A DNA stretch of 64,000 nucleotides from Pyrinomonadaceae bacterium (GTDB lineage Bacteria; Acidobacteriota; Blastocatellia; Pyrinomonadales; Pyrinomonadaceae), in NCBI GenBank assembly GCA_036266055.1, contig DATANW010000222.1, positions 536 to 64,535 on the forward strand. Direction: 5' to 3'. The notes under the pieces were generated by a model. That model saw nothing but the letters and a program-made list of their open reading frames with translations, was not told the DNA's origin and did not search any database. How positions within the stretch are numbered: position 1 is the stretch's first letter; each line of letters begins with the position of its first letter. Shown in pieces: positions 8,046-18,430 of the stretch. The position numbers were made by a program, and so were the translations under genes.

Positions 8046-9850
8046 TGCCTTAACTCAACTTCAACCGGGCGGGTGTCGTGGGAGTCGTAGCCTTCGGGCC
8101 AGTTTGAGATGTTGATGCCGTAGGGCCAGTCAGCGTCGGGAGTGACGGCGAAGCGAATCGACAAAGGAAGGCCGCGCATGGCGCGCAGACGAACGAACCA
8201 GCCCGTGAGCCGCCAATCCTGGACCACTACGTTCTCGTTTACCGCCGCAGGGACCAAACGCGATCCGGCATTCCAGCCGTCAACAAACAATGTGACGCGC
8301 GTCTGTCCAAAACCAGCAGGCGCGTCGACGGGCAATACCGGCCGAATATGCGCGCGCACGATGATCTCACTGACTCGCCGTCGATCCGCGCGCTCGGGCA
8401 CCAGGTAGTCAACAAACCCGGATCCGTAACCCCAGATGTACCCCGGACCACCGCCAATCTTTTCGAACCGCTGCGCCACCGCCATCTGCGGCTTGAACTG
8501 GTAAAGCACCGACTTGTCTTCGCGCACAGTCATCAGCGGCTGCACTCCGGCATCATCCAGCGGACGACTCCACGCAAACTGACGCGGAACAATATGCCGC
8601 GAAGTCTCCTGCAATTGCGTCGGCAAGTCTGCCGACTCCAACGCCGCAAACACCTGCGACGCTCGCGACACCTCGCGCAACACCGCGTCGTCACGCGGAG
8701 TCGAATAGGTAACTCCATAACCCCGGTGCGTATCGGGCGTCAGGATCCAAAACATCGCGCCACCTGCGCCGGCCGCCGCATTTCCATCAAAGAACGCTTT
8801 GTACCAATCAACCTGCGACACACCACGATGACCATCAACGCTCATTCCAAACTCACCCAACACCAACGGCTTCCCTAACGAAAACGCCGCCGCCGCGCGG
8901 TTTTCAATGAACTCCTTCAACGCCGCCGGCGAGTCGACATAACTATCGAGATCGTCGCGCGGGTAATTGTGAACGTCGCAATAGTCGATCGACGGCAGCG
9001 CATGGTCCGCCAACCACTCGCGCCGCTCCGACGACGAACGATAACCCCACGCACCCGGCGCAACCATGTGGTTCGGATCAAGCGACTTCAGATACGCACT
9101 CATCTCCGCAAACCACGCGCGCCGCTCGGCCCAACGTCCGGTAAGCACCTGCGCCTCGTTCATCAACTCCCAACCGAAGATCGCCGGATCGTCGCGATAA
9201 AGAACTCCGGTGACCGTGTTACGCCGTGTCGCCAACCGCTCGACATGCTCTCGATACAACCGCCGCGTTTCCGGATTGGTATAAAACAGAAACGCCTTCT
9301 CGTTATTGATGCCGAACTTGTAACTATCGTCGGCGGCATCGTTGATCCCGGCCCAGCGCAAGTACTGCGTCACTCCACCAGTGTCACGCCACCAGTTCGT
9401 CAAACAGAGCTGCACGTAAATGCCGTTGCGGGCGGCCTCGGCGATCACCTTGTCGAGCTGCACGAACGCATCTTCGTTCCACTGTCCCGGCGCAAACCGA
9501 AATGAATGATGCCGTGGCCAGTCTGCCGCATCGCGGCCAACCGGCTTGACGTCGTTCGGCCCGCCCTCACCAAACGCCCAAACACGCACCACCTTCAGAC
9601 CCATCTGCGCCGCCTGGCGCATCGTCTCGGGCATACGCTCGCGATCTTCATCGCGATACATCACCGCGACATTCGCACCGACAAACCGAAACGGCTTGTT
9701 GCCCACAAAGAAACGTCCGCCGCGCTGGTGCACGAACTGTCCGCGCGCACCGCCGCCACCCCGGTTAGCAGCCGGCGAAGCGCCTAAAAATAGAGCCGCC
9801 GCGCTTCCCACCAGGATCAGCGCGGCGACGACAAACAGTTTCTTATTCAT
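8042..9850 (-). CDS. Glycoside hydrolase family 5 (mannanase/cellulase-like), secreted
   Basis: WELMNEAQ (acid/base Glu) and LVLGEFG (nucleophile Glu) motifs. Signal peptide MNKKLFVVAALILVGSAAA. Start moved to this Met (9850) from the track start at 9907. Confidence 0.75.
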   Translation of the reverse strand: MNKKLFVVAALILVGSAAALFLGASPAANRGGGGARGQFVHQRGGRFFVGNKPFRFVGANVAVMYRDEDRERMPETMRQAAQMGLKVVRVWAFGEGGPNDVKPVGRDAADWPRHHSFRFAPGQWNEDAFVQLDKVIAEAARNGIYVQLCLTNWWRDTGGVTQYLRWAGINDAADDSYKFGINNEKAFLFYTNPETRRLYREHVERLATRRNTVTGVLYRDDPAIFGWELMNEAQVLTGRWAERRAWFAEMSAYLKSLDPNHMVAPGAWGYRSSSERREWLADHALPSIDYCDVHNYPRDDLDSYVDSPAALKEFIENRAAAAFSLGKPLVLGEFGMSVDGHRGVSQVDWYKAFFDGNAAAGAGGAMFWILTPDTHRGYGVTYSTPRDDAVLREVSRASQVFAALESADLPTQLQETSRHIVPRQFAWSRPLDDAGVQPLMTVREDKSVLYQFKPQMAVAQRFEKIGGGPGYIWGYGSGFVDYLVPERADRRRVSEIIVRAHIRPVLPVDAPAGFGQTRVTLFVDGWNAGSRLVPAAVNENVVVQDWRLTGWFVRLRAMRGLPLSIRFAVTPDADWPYGINISNWPEGYDSHDTRPVEVELRH

Positions 9851-9864
9851 CAACGAACGTAAGT

Positions 9865-10227
9865 CTAGCGCGGGCTCGTCATCCGGACAAAGCCCATGAT
9901 CGCGCATACCGCTCCGAGCACCACAAACAGGTTGAAGAACGCCCCGACGCCCAGCGCCGCCGACAGGTCAACCGATTGCTGCGACATTCCCAAAAACACA
10001 AACACGCCAAAAAGCAAAAAATGAAGGTGATAAATAATCAGGCAAACCGCGGCATATGAAAACCAACGCGCCGCCGGACCAAACGCCGGCGCTCGCGCGA
10101 AGCCGAGTACCGCCGCAATCAACCACGCAACGCCTCCGGCAATCAACAAAAGCAACGTGACCAGGAAGAAGTACCCTGGCTGAGTGGCGCGGAGTTGCTG
10201 AAGCATGAACAGGACTGGGAAGAACAT
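9865..10227 (-). CDS. Hypothetical integral membrane protein (4 TM)
   Basis: 120-aa ORF that is almost entirely hydrophobic helices. Same strand as GH5 and just upstream of it. No recognisable family. Confidence 0.45.
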   Translation of the reverse strand: MFFPVLFMLQQLRATQPGYFFLVTLLLLIAGGVAWLIAAVLGFARAPAFGPAARWFSYAAVCLIIYHLHFLLFGVFVFLGMSQQSVDLSAALGVGAFFNLFVVLGAVCAIMGFVRMTSPR

Positions 10228-10407
10228 TTGTTTGAGGTCTCTCCTTCGCGGATTAGGTGTTCAAACAAAAAGCAAGCGCCGTCTGCGCACGTAAGCCGCT
10301 GGTTTGTGCACAAACGGCGTCGAAAACTGGGTCGGGTTCGAGTGCAAATCTCTGCATGGGAAGTCAGCTTGGTGACTTCCAACAATCGGGATCGCCCGGG
10401 CGCCCGT

Positions 10408-10626
10408 TTACTGCGTGATATGGATCTCCTCTTCTTTGTTCACGTGGCCCAGGAAATAAATCAGGCCACAAATAAACGCAACGGCTGCCAATCCGAGCGC
10501 GATCCAACCATGGGTATGACCGCCGGCAGGATTCGGGTCCGTCACGAACTTGTAGAAGTAAAAGATCGCACCGACGGCTGCGGCTATGCCGACAATTACC
10601 GCCAGAATGTCTTTCAGGCTTTTCAT
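10408..10626 (-). CDS. Small hypothetical membrane protein (2 TM)
   Basis: MKSLKDILAVIVGIAAAVGAIFYF...GWIALGLAAVAFICGLIYFLG. GGAGG lies 7 nt upstream of this Met. The track ORF extension to 10707 looks non-coding. Confidence 0.5.
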   Translation of the reverse strand: MKSLKDILAVIVGIAAAVGAIFYFYKFVTDPNPAGGHTHGWIALGLAAVAFICGLIYFLGHVNKEEEIHITQ

Positions 10627-10785
10627 TTTGAACCTCCGGCCAGGAAAATGTATGAAGGTTAAGGAAAAAGCCGCTTTCTCGCTATGATGCCAGCATGTTA
10701 ACGCCACGCCGCGAGGGATTGCAAGTTTATTAACTCGCCAAACCTACGTGTCCCAATTGGTTCACGTTCGTGTGTCTCACTGGCT

Positions 10786-12714
10786 TCAAACCCGCGGCTT
10801 CAGAATGACCCGTTTGTCCCCGGTGCGACGAGTGACTTGCTCGCGATCGAAGTATTCCAGCAGGGGGATCGCGTACTTGCGTGAGACGCCGGCGAGCTCT
10901 TTGAAGGCAGGGACGTCGATGAGACGCTGAGGTTCGTGTTTTGAGGCGTAGTTAATCAGCTTGGCTCTTAAACCGTCGATGACGGCCGCATGCATGAACA
11001 TCTCGTTCTGAATCCGCACCAGCTTTTTGCCGTCGACGAGCAGTTGAAGGATCTTCCGCGCCTGTGTGCGCTGCGCAATCGTAACGCCTGCACGCTTCAT
11101 AACGTCGTCGATTGAAGGCGACTCGACTCCCGCGTCGCGATAGACCTGCTCGATTCGCGCGCTCATCTGCGCGTCCTGCTCCGATAATCCGACCGAATGA
11201 CTGCCGGCGCGAATAATGTCTTTCTCGGAAACAACTGTGCGCGCCGCTTCCAACCTCGCAATCACTGCGTTGAAGAGTTCCGGGAACGAATGCGCGAACA
11301 CTTTCTCGCGCAGCGTCTCGCGCAACATTCCGCGCGCCAGCGGTTCGCGTTTGTGATGGCGATCCAACTCGTCGAGCACCATGCTGCTCAAACGATCAAA
11401 ACTCTCGCGTACGAGAAACACGCCGCCAGCGTCGATCACCTGCTCGCCGGCCTGTGCCGCCGTCGCCACGCTCGCCAGCACATCGTTGGTCCAACCAGTT
11501 GCGGCGCCGATGTCGGCGAGTCGCAAACCACGCTCGCCCGAGCTGCTGACAAGCCCGCGAAACACTGCGACACGATCGTCTTCCATCAACGTCCGCAGCA
11601 AGCGACGAGTCTGCGCCATGTCCTTGCCACGATGTTTCGCGGCAAAGGGATCGACGATGACGCCGCCCGCGATCGTTTGCTGCGGTGAATAACTGCGCAG
11701 GATGAAACGATCGCCATGCAGCGCTACGACCGGAGCTTCGAGCCGCAACTGCGCGAGACCGCCGCCGCCCGCGGGAATCTCGGCCGGCTCGTCGAGCACG
11801 CGCACGCGCCCCAGAACTTCAGTCGCGCCGATATGCAAACGCATCCGCGATCGCGAACGCACGCCCCGCGGCGCGTCGGGCAGGACGTCGATCCAAACAT
11901 CGACGATCTGTGTCGATCGCAAACGTCCGGGCGGAGCGAGGACCATGCCTCGTTCGATCTGCGCCCGGTCAACACCGCCGAGATTTACCGCCGTGCGTTG
12001 TCCGGCCTGCGCCTCCGTCACCGACGCGCCATGAACTTGCAGCCCACGCACACGCACCTTGATCGCGGGCGGCAACAACTCGAGATCGTCGCCTTCTTTG
12101 ATCGTACCGGAAATCAACGTGCCGGTGACGACCGCGCCAAATCCTTTCATCGAGAACGCGCGATCGATCGGCAGTCGCGCAATGAAATCAGCCGAACGCG
12201 CCGGAACGCGTTTTCCGATCTCCGTTAACTGCGACTTCAGCTCGTCGAGACCGGCGCCGGTTTTCGAACTCACCGCGACGATTGGCGCGTTCTCCAGAAA
12301 CGATCCCGCCACCAGTTCATGCGCTTCCGTCTCGACCAACGACAGCATCTCTTTTTCGACGAGATCGCTTTTCGTGATCACGATCAATCCGTTGCGCACG
12401 CCGAGCAGTCGACAGATGTCGAAGTGCTCGCGCGTTTGCGGCATCACGCCTTCATCAGCCGCGATGATCAGTGCGAGCACGTCGATGCCATGCGCGCCCG
12501 CCAGCATGTTTTTGACGAAACGTTCGTGACCGGGAACGTCGACGAAACCGATGCGGAGATCGTCGAGTTGCAGATCGGCAAAGCCGAGATCGATGGTGAT
12601 ACCGCGTCGTTTTTCTTCCGGCAGGCGGTCAGGATCAGTGCCGGTGAGCGCGCGCACGAGCGCGCTCTTACCATGATCGATATGGCCGGCTGTCCCGACG
12701 ATGAGAGACGTCAT
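10786..12714 (-). CDS. selB: Selenocysteine-specific translation elongation factor SelB
   Basis: N-terminus [42 protein letters not shown] (GTPase G1-G2 of SelB). 642 aa with a winged-helix C-terminal extension of the expected length. Confidence 0.9.
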   Translation of the reverse strand: MTSLIVGTAGHIDHGKSALVRALTGTDPDRLPEEKRRGITIDLGFADLQLDDLRIGFVDVPGHERFVKNMLAGAHGIDVLALIIAADEGVMPQTREHFDICRLLGVRNGLIVITKSDLVEKEMLSLVETEAHELVAGSFLENAPIVAVSSKTGAGLDELKSQLTEIGKRVPARSADFIARLPIDRAFSMKGFGAVVTGTLISGTIKEGDDLELLPPAIKVRVRGLQVHGASVTEAQAGQRTAVNLGGVDRAQIERGMVLAPPGRLRSTQIVDVWIDVLPDAPRGVRSRSRMRLHIGATEVLGRVRVLDEPAEIPAGGGGLAQLRLEAPVVALHGDRFILRSYSPQQTIAGGVIVDPFAAKHRGKDMAQTRRLLRTLMEDDRVAVFRGLVSSSGERGLRLADIGAATGWTNDVLASVATAAQAGEQVIDAGGVFLVRESFDRLSSMVLDELDRHHKREPLARGMLRETLREKVFAHSFPELFNAVIARLEAARTVVSEKDIIRAGSHSVGLSEQDAQMSARIEQVYRDAGVESPSIDDVMKRAGVTIAQRTQARKILQLLVDGKKLVRIQNEMFMHAAVIDGLRAKLINYASKHEPQRLIDVPAFKELAGVSRKYAIPLLEYFDREQVTRRTGDKRVILKPRV

Positions 12715-12722
12715 TTCAGCAC

Positions 12723-13853
12723 TCAGGTTTGTTTGGCTAAGATCTGTTCGTAAAAATCAATGTACTGCGGAATAACAACATCGGTGCGATAGCGAGTGAT
12801 GGCCGAGTCGCGCGCACGTTGGCCCATCTCGCGTCGCAGTTTGTGATCGACAAGCAGTCGCGCTGCGTCGGCGGCCATCTTGTCTACGTCGCCCACCGGA
12901 CTCAAGTATCCGGTTTCGCCGTCGGTCACGACTTCCGGCAGTCCGCCTACACGTGAAGCAATAACCGGAACTTCGCAGGCCATCGCTTCCAACGCCGCCA
13001 GGCCGAACGACTCCTGGTCAGAAGGCAACAGTAAAACGTCACAGGCGGAGAGATAGTCGACAATGCGCGGCTGCTTACCGACAAACACGCAGTGCTCGTA
13101 AACGCCGAGACAACGCGCACGGTGCTCGGCATTCGTACGTTCACTGCCGTCGCCAACCATGATGAGCCGCGTCTTCACGCCTTTCTGAAGCACACGCGCG
13201 AGGATCTCGACGCAGTCGACCGGCCGCTTCACCGGGCGAAAATTCGACACGTGGACCAGCAACGGTTCGTTACTGGGCGACAACTGCTCGCGCAGCGCGG
13301 CAACCTCGAGACGCTTGTAGTCGTACTGGCAAACGAAGTTTGGAATGACCTGGATGTCGTCGAAGTGAAAGATCTCTTTCGTCGCTTCCTTGAGGTAGTT
13401 GGAGATCGCCGTCACGCCGTCTGACTGGACGATGCCGTATCGCGTAATCGGCAAATAGGAGCGGTCGGCGCCGACGAGCGTGATGTCCGTGCCGTGCAAC
13501 GTCGTGACGACAGGAAGACGACGTCGCGGTTTCAGCGACTCGCGCGCGAGAATCGCGCTGATCGAGTGCGGAATCGCGTAGTGGACGTGAAGCAGATCGA
13601 GATTTTCTTCTTCCGCGACGGTCGCCATTTTCGTTGCGAGAGCGAGCGTGTACGGCTGATGCTCGAACAGCGGGTACGACATCATCTCCACTTCGTGGAA
13701 ACGCACCCGTTCGTTCAGTTCAGTGAGCCGCGTGGGAAGGGCTGAAGAAATGAAATGGACCGTGTGTCCGCGGGCAGCCAGTTCTTTGCCGAGTTCGGAT
13801 CCCACGATCCCGCTGCCGCCGTAAGTGGGATATACCGTTATGCCAATGTTCAT
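12723..13853 (-). CDS. bshA: N-acetyl-alpha-D-glucosaminyl L-malate synthase BshA (GT4)
   Basis: [43 protein letters not shown] closely parallels the Bacillus BshA N-terminus. GT4 E-x7-E region near the C-terminus. bshB1 is nearby. Confidence 0.8.
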   Translation of the reverse strand: MNIGITVYPTYGGSGIVGSELGKELAARGHTVHFISSALPTRLTELNERVRFHEVEMMSYPLFEHQPYTLALATKMATVAEEENLDLLHVHYAIPHSISAILARESLKPRRRLPVVTTLHGTDITLVGADRSYLPITRYGIVQSDGVTAISNYLKEATKEIFHFDDIQVIPNFVCQYDYKRLEVAALREQLSPSNEPLLVHVSNFRPVKRPVDCVEILARVLQKGVKTRLIMVGDGSERTNAEHRARCLGVYEHCVFVGKQPRIVDYLSACDVLLLPSDQESFGLAALEAMACEVPVIASRVGGLPEVVTDGETGYLSPVGDVDKMAADAARLLVDHKLRREMGQRARDSAITRYRTDVVIPQYIDFYEQILAKQT

Positions 13854-14164
13854 CGAAAGCGTGCCGGGTCGTTTCTTTTCGTTTTGGGAGGATTAGAGTT
13901 TAAGCCTCAGATTTTCGTCTTCCAAGCACGGACGGCCCGCTCACGCGTTTTATCCCCAAAATAAGTGAGGCAGGCGACCCTCGCTATCGCCTGCCTCTAT
14001 CTCAACTTGACTCACCTTCTGAGAGGGGGGGCAAGTGAGGGCGGGAGTATAGAACTGGTTTGGGAATTTAGCAACGATTCTTGCAACCGGTTTCGAAAGT
14101 AATGCTCGCTCACTGCGGATGCGGGCCAAAATCGCTATAATGTGACCACAAAAAGGGAGTTGTA

Positions 14165-14728
14165 ATGCCGAAGATCAGCGATATCGAAGAGACACCAAAT
14201 CCGAATGCAGTGAAGTTTATTCTCCGCGAGCCGGTGAGTAACGGAGTCGCGAGACAGTATGGCTCCGCGGACCAGGCGGAAAATGATTCGTTGGCAAAAT
14301 CGTTGTTTGACGTGGGCCATGTCGTCTCGGTTTTCTACATGGACCGCATGATCACAGTCGAAAAAGATGACGAGGGCGACTGGGACGAACTTCTGCCCGC
14401 GCTGGCCGTGCCGATTCGCGCTGCGGAAGCTGTAAATGGCGGTTCTGCGGCAGCAGCCGCTGCGGCGGTTGGGGGAGCGATTGCCGCCGTCACCAGCGAC
14501 GACCCGCGACTGTTGAAGATCAATGAAATACTCGACGAACGAGTACGCCCGGCGCTCATGGGCGACGGTGGCTATCTCGAAGTACTCGGACTCAGCGAAC
14601 ACACGTTGAGCATTCGCTACCAGGGCGCCTGCGGTAGTTGCCCGAGTTCTCTGACGGGCACGTTGATGGCGATAGAAGGAATGCTGAAACAGGAAGTCGA
14701 TCCCGATTTGGAAGTGATCGCCGTCTAA
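14165..14728 (+). CDS. Nfu/NifU-like Fe-S cluster carrier (Nfu_N plus NifU C-terminal domain)
   Basis: N-terminal Nfu_N-like domain ([11 protein letters not shown]). C-terminal domain [11 protein letters not shown]...[11 protein letters not shown] with a CxxC cluster-binding motif. Confidence 0.8.
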   Translation: MPKISDIEETPNPNAVKFILREPVSNGVARQYGSADQAENDSLAKSLFDVGHVVSVFYMDRMITVEKDDEGDWDELLPALAVPIRAAEAVNGGSAAAAAAAVGGAIAAVTSDDPRLLKINEILDERVRPALMGDGGYLEVLGLSEHTLSIRYQGACGSCPSSLTGTLMAIEGMLKQEVDPDLEVIAV

Positions 14729-14771
14729 GTAGAAAAAGTTTTTTAAACACGGATTCTGACAGGAGTGCCCC

Positions 14772-16631
14772 ATGTTCCCACGGCTACTCGTAGTCCTTCT
14801 TCTGCTCAGTCTCACCTTTCCGCCTGCGATAGCTCAAGAAAAACCAGTCAAACCGAAAAAGGCCAAAGCCGAAGAGGTTGACGCTGAGGCCGAGCAACAG
14901 CGCGAAATCGCAGTGGCGCTCGTGATCTCACTGGCGGACGAGGCGCGCAGTTTCAAAGATCAAGCTCGACGCGCACGTATCCAGGCTCGCGCTGCCGACG
15001 TACTTTGGGACAGCGATGCGGAGCGAGCGCGCGAGTTGTTCAAACGCGCCTGGGAAGCCGCCGATGCCGCTGACACCGAAGCTGCTCAGCAGAGGGCGGA
15101 ACAAATCAAAAAGATGCAGGCCGCCGGTGAGCCGGTGGTCCTGCGCGGTGGACCAAACCTCCGCAACGAAGTGCTGCGCATAGTCGCGAAACGTGATTAC
15201 AAACTGTGCGAGGAGTTTCTAAAAGTCTTTGATGAGGCCAACGCGAAAGCGACGGAAGAGGCAGCCTCGAACGCGCGGCGAAATAGTTTGCCCGAACAAC
15301 TCGGTTCTGCCAGACGATTAGAACTTGCCCGCCGGCTGCTCGAAGACGGCGACGTCGAACGCGCGTGGATTTACGCGTTGCCGGCTCTCTATCCGGTAAG
15401 CGTCGATTCGATCTTCTTTCTTTCCGCGCTCCGCGAAAAAGACGCTTCGCGCGCGGACAAGGCGTTCGATGGTCTACTCGCGCGCGCTCAACGCGACCCG
15501 ACGTCAGACGCAAACACCGTCTCGGGTCTTTCGTCTTACGCGCTGACGCCTTTCTTCTACATCTGGTTTGAAAAAAGCGGCGGCGCCAACCAAAACCAAT
15601 CGAGGCGCACCACGCAGGCGCCGGACCTGCCTCCAAGATTGAAACGCGCCTTTCTGGAACTAGCTTTCGAGATCCTGATGCGGCCGTTGCCGGCGCCCGA
15701 TCAGGACCGCTCGACGTCGGGCCATCTCGGCAAGTTCATGGTGATCAAACGGCTGTTGCCGGTCTTCGAACAGGAAGCGGCCGATCTCGCAGCGGGCTTG
15801 CGCACACAAATGACCGCGCTCGCGTCATACGTACCACCCGATGCTGAACGGGAAGCGAATCGGGATCTGACTGCCGGTCTAAGACCCGACGAAGAAGTGG
15901 ACTCCGATCGATCTCAGCGGATGCAGGAACGATTGGACGCGGCCAAGACCTCGGACGAACGCGATCAAATCTACGCCGACTTTGCCGTCATGCTCACGGA
16001 AAAGGGCGACCTGCAAGCGCGCGAATTGGTGGACAAGATCGAAAACAGCGAGTTGCGCAAGAACGTTCGCGCTTACACCGATTTCGAGTGGGCCGAATAT
16101 TTCATTCGCAAGAAAGATGCGACCGAAGCCACGCGGCTCGCCAAGAACGGCGAATTGACCAGCCTCCAGCGCGTTTGGATCTACACGCGCGCCGCGAAAC
16201 TCGTGCTCGCTTCGGAACGCGCGCAGGCGATCGATCTCTTGAACGACGCACTCACCGAAGGACGTCGCATCGGCAACAGCGATCCGGATCGGGCGCGCGC
16301 ACTGACTGCGGTCGCGACCAGAATGGCCGAGATCGACATGGTGCGCGCCTGGGAAATACTCGGCGAAGTTATCAAAGCGGCCAACGCCGCAGACGCATTC
16401 ACCGGCGAAGACAGTCGCATCTATTCGCGGCTGCAGACGAAGAACACGGTGGTGGTCAGCAACGGCACCGCCGAGGATTTTGATCTGCTCGGGTTGTTTC
16501 GTCAGCTCGCGCGCGCCGATCTCCTGCGCTCGGTCCAACTGACGAAGTCCTTCACGGGCTACGCGCCGCGTGCCGTCGCGACGCTGGCTATCGCCCAATC
16601 AGTTCTCGAAAAACGGAAAGACAGAGCATGA
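14772..16631 (+). CDS. Hypothetical secreted all-helical protein, paralog 1
   Basis: Signal peptide MFPRLLVVLLLLSLTFPPAIAQ with GGAG upstream. Colinear similarity to the next ORF over the whole length. No family recognised. Confidence 0.6.
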   Translation: MFPRLLVVLLLLSLTFPPAIAQEKPVKPKKAKAEEVDAEAEQQREIAVALVISLADEARSFKDQARRARIQARAADVLWDSDAERARELFKRAWEAADAADTEAAQQRAEQIKKMQAAGEPVVLRGGPNLRNEVLRIVAKRDYKLCEEFLKVFDEANAKATEEAASNARRNSLPEQLGSARRLELARRLLEDGDVERAWIYALPALYPVSVDSIFFLSALREKDASRADKAFDGLLARAQRDPTSDANTVSGLSSYALTPFFYIWFEKSGGANQNQSRRTTQAPDLPPRLKRAFLELAFEILMRPLPAPDQDRSTSGHLGKFMVIKRLLPVFEQEAADLAAGLRTQMTALASYVPPDAEREANRDLTAGLRPDEEVDSDRSQRMQERLDAAKTSDERDQIYADFAVMLTEKGDLQARELVDKIENSELRKNVRAYTDFEWAEYFIRKKDATEATRLAKNGELTSLQRVWIYTRAAKLVLASERAQAIDLLNDALTEGRRIGNSDPDRARALTAVATRMAEIDMVRAWEILGEVIKAANAADAFTGEDSRIYSRLQTKNTVVVSNGTAEDFDLLGLFRQLARADLLRSVQLTKSFTGYAPRAVATLAIAQSVLEKRKDRA

Positions 16632-18430
16632 GACTTCTTCGCATCGTGGTGCTGGTCGTGTTCGCAGTGGCTGTCGGCTATGCGCAAACACCGGACAAAG
16701 AACGCATCCGCCGCCAACAGGCACGTTCGCTGCTGATCGCGCTCTCAACCGACGCCCGCGCCTTTCACGATCAAACACTCCGCGCCCGATCGCTCGCTCG
16801 CATCGCCGATGCCCTGTGGGCCATCGACACCGAACAGGGACGTTTGTTGTTTCGCAAGGCATGGGAAGCCGCGGAAGTTGCGGATCGCGACAACCAGCAG
16901 AAACTGGACGAGCAGATTAAGCAACAGCAAGCGAAGACCGGCCGCAGCAGTTACGCCACCAGTCTTCCGCCAAGCTTGCGTCGCGAAGTTTTGCGGCTGG
17001 CAGCGCAAAAGGATCGTGCTCTCGGCGAAGAGTTCCTCGAGAAGTTGAAAGCCGAGAAAGCCGAAGCGGCGACAAACGCCAAACTCAATCCCGGAAGACT
17101 AAACGAATCCATGGGCCAGCGTTTGGGACTAGCGGGAGAGTTGTTGGCCTCCGGCGACATTCAACGAGCGCTTCAATTTGCGGATCCCGTGTTGAGCACT
17201 GTCTCGATGGAGACGATCAACTTCCTCGTCGATTTGCGCGACAAAGATCCCGTCGCGGCTGACCAGCGTTACCAGGCGCTGCTTGCGTCGTCAATGACCA
17301 ACCCGCAGGCGGACGCGAACACTGTGTCGTTGCTTTCGTCGTACGTCTTCACGCCGCGTCTGTACATAGTTTTTACCGGCAGCGGTATGTCGTCGTCGCA
17401 GATGTCCTCGACGATCAAGCCGGCGAACGTCTCGCCCGAATTGCGCGGAGCATTTTTCAACACTGCCGGGGCGATTCTGCTGCGGCCATTGCCGCCACCC
17501 GGACAAGATCCCGGGCCGACAGGGATCGATGGCAAGTATCTCGCGATCAAACGGCTGATGCCGTTCTTCGAACAATCAGCACCCGCGGAAATGGTCGAAT
17601 CACTGCGCGCCCAACTGAACGCGCTGAACACCGTTGCATCCGAGAGCGCTCGCAAACCCGACGATGAGGGATGGCTCAATCGAGGCGTGCGGCCGGAAAA
17701 ACCCGCCGCCGATCGCGAACAGGCGCTGATGGAGCGGCTCGAGCGCGCGAAGACCTCGGCCGACCGCGACGTTATTTACGTTCAACTTGCTAACCTGCTG
17801 TCGCGAGATGGCGACCTGCGTACGCGAGAAGTCGCGAGCAAGATCGAAGACCCGGAATTGCGCAAAGACTTTGGCGCGTACGTCGACGGCACGCTGTTGA
17901 ATTACCACATTGCGAAAAAGCAGACCGAACCGGCGCTCGAATTGATTCACAAAGGCGAGCTCACGCACCTGCATCGAGTGTGGGCGCTAACGGAAGTTGC
18001 GAAGGTGCTCGTGAAGACAGATCGCGAGACGGCCCTGCAACTCGTCGAAGAAGCGGCGACTGAGGCGCGACGTATCGACGCTTCGGAGGCGGGACGTCCA
18101 CAGGGACTGGTGGCCGTAGCAAACGCGTTGAGGGTTGTCGATCCGGCGCGATTGTGGGATGCGACGTTTGACGCTGTCAAAGCGGCAAACTCCGCGGAAG
18201 GTTTTACCGGCGAGGACGGCGAGCTGATCCTCCAGTTTCAGAGCAAAGTGCAGTCGTCAGTGAATACTAACGACGTGCCGGATTTCGACCTCGACGGAAT
18301 CTTCAAGGAGCTCGCGAACCAGGATTACGATCGGGCCGTTGAACTGGCACGCGGGTTCGAACACGAAGGACCGCGTGCAGTGGCGACGATCTCGATTGCG
18401 CGAGCTGTGCTGGAACCGAAGAAAAAATAG
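16628..18430 (+). CDS. Hypothetical secreted all-helical protein, paralog 2
   Basis: Signal peptide MRLLRIVVLVVFAVAVGYAQ. Start overlaps the stop of paralog 1 (ATGA). Shared motifs include LF.KAWEAA, DANTVS.LSSY, IKRL.P.FEQ, AKTS..RD.IY, FTGED and GPRAVAT. Confidence 0.6.
   Translation: MRLLRIVVLVVFAVAVGYAQTPDKERIRRQQARSLLIALSTDARAFHDQTLRARSLARIADALWAIDTEQGRLLFRKAWEAAEVADRDNQQKLDEQIKQQQAKTGRSSYATSLPPSLRREVLRLAAQKDRALGEEFLEKLKAEKAEAATNAKLNPGRLNESMGQRLGLAGELLASGDIQRALQFADPVLSTVSMETINFLVDLRDKDPVAADQRYQALLASSMTNPQADANTVSLLSSYVFTPRLYIVFTGSGMSSSQMSSTIKPANVSPELRGAFFNTAGAILLRPLPPPGQDPGPTGIDGKYLAIKRLMPFFEQSAPAEMVESLRAQLNALNTVASESARKPDDEGWLNRGVRPEKPAADREQALMERLERAKTSADRDVIYVQLANLLSRDGDLRTREVASKIEDPELRKDFGAYVDGTLLNYHIAKKQTEPALELIHKGELTHLHRVWALTEVAKVLVKTDRETALQLVEEAATEARRIDASEAGRPQGLVAVANALRVVDPARLWDATFDAVKAANSAEGFTGEDGELILQFQSKVQSSVNTNDVPDFDLDGIFKELANQDYDRAVELARGFEHEGPRAVATISIARAVLEPKKK

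Noticed and set aside
9851-9907. N-terminal extensions of track ORFs: GH5 to 9907, M28 to 33233, MFP to 27829, HExxH to 63443, permease to 48485, SDR to 42696, DUF721 to 44064, gatC frame to 44069, enoyl-CoA hydratase to 41153, eRF1-like to 4392.
   Set aside because: - In each case an internal Met or GTG is followed by a signal peptide or the conserved N-terminus.
- These internal starts have a Shine-Dalgarno or an ATGA overlap with the upstream gene.
- The extension overlaps a neighbouring gene or repeat.
10359-10380. An 8-bp hairpin GGAAGTCA/TGACTTCC downstream of the small membrane-protein gene, considered as an intrinsic terminator.
   Set aside because: - The stem is short and has no U-tract on the transcribed strand.
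- It is not distinguishable from chance in a 180-nt spacer.
14135-14815. A 226-aa reverse-strand ORF covering the nfu gene.
   Set aside because: It is antisense to a gene with clear Nfu_N and NifU CxxC motifs, and its translation has no recognisable features.
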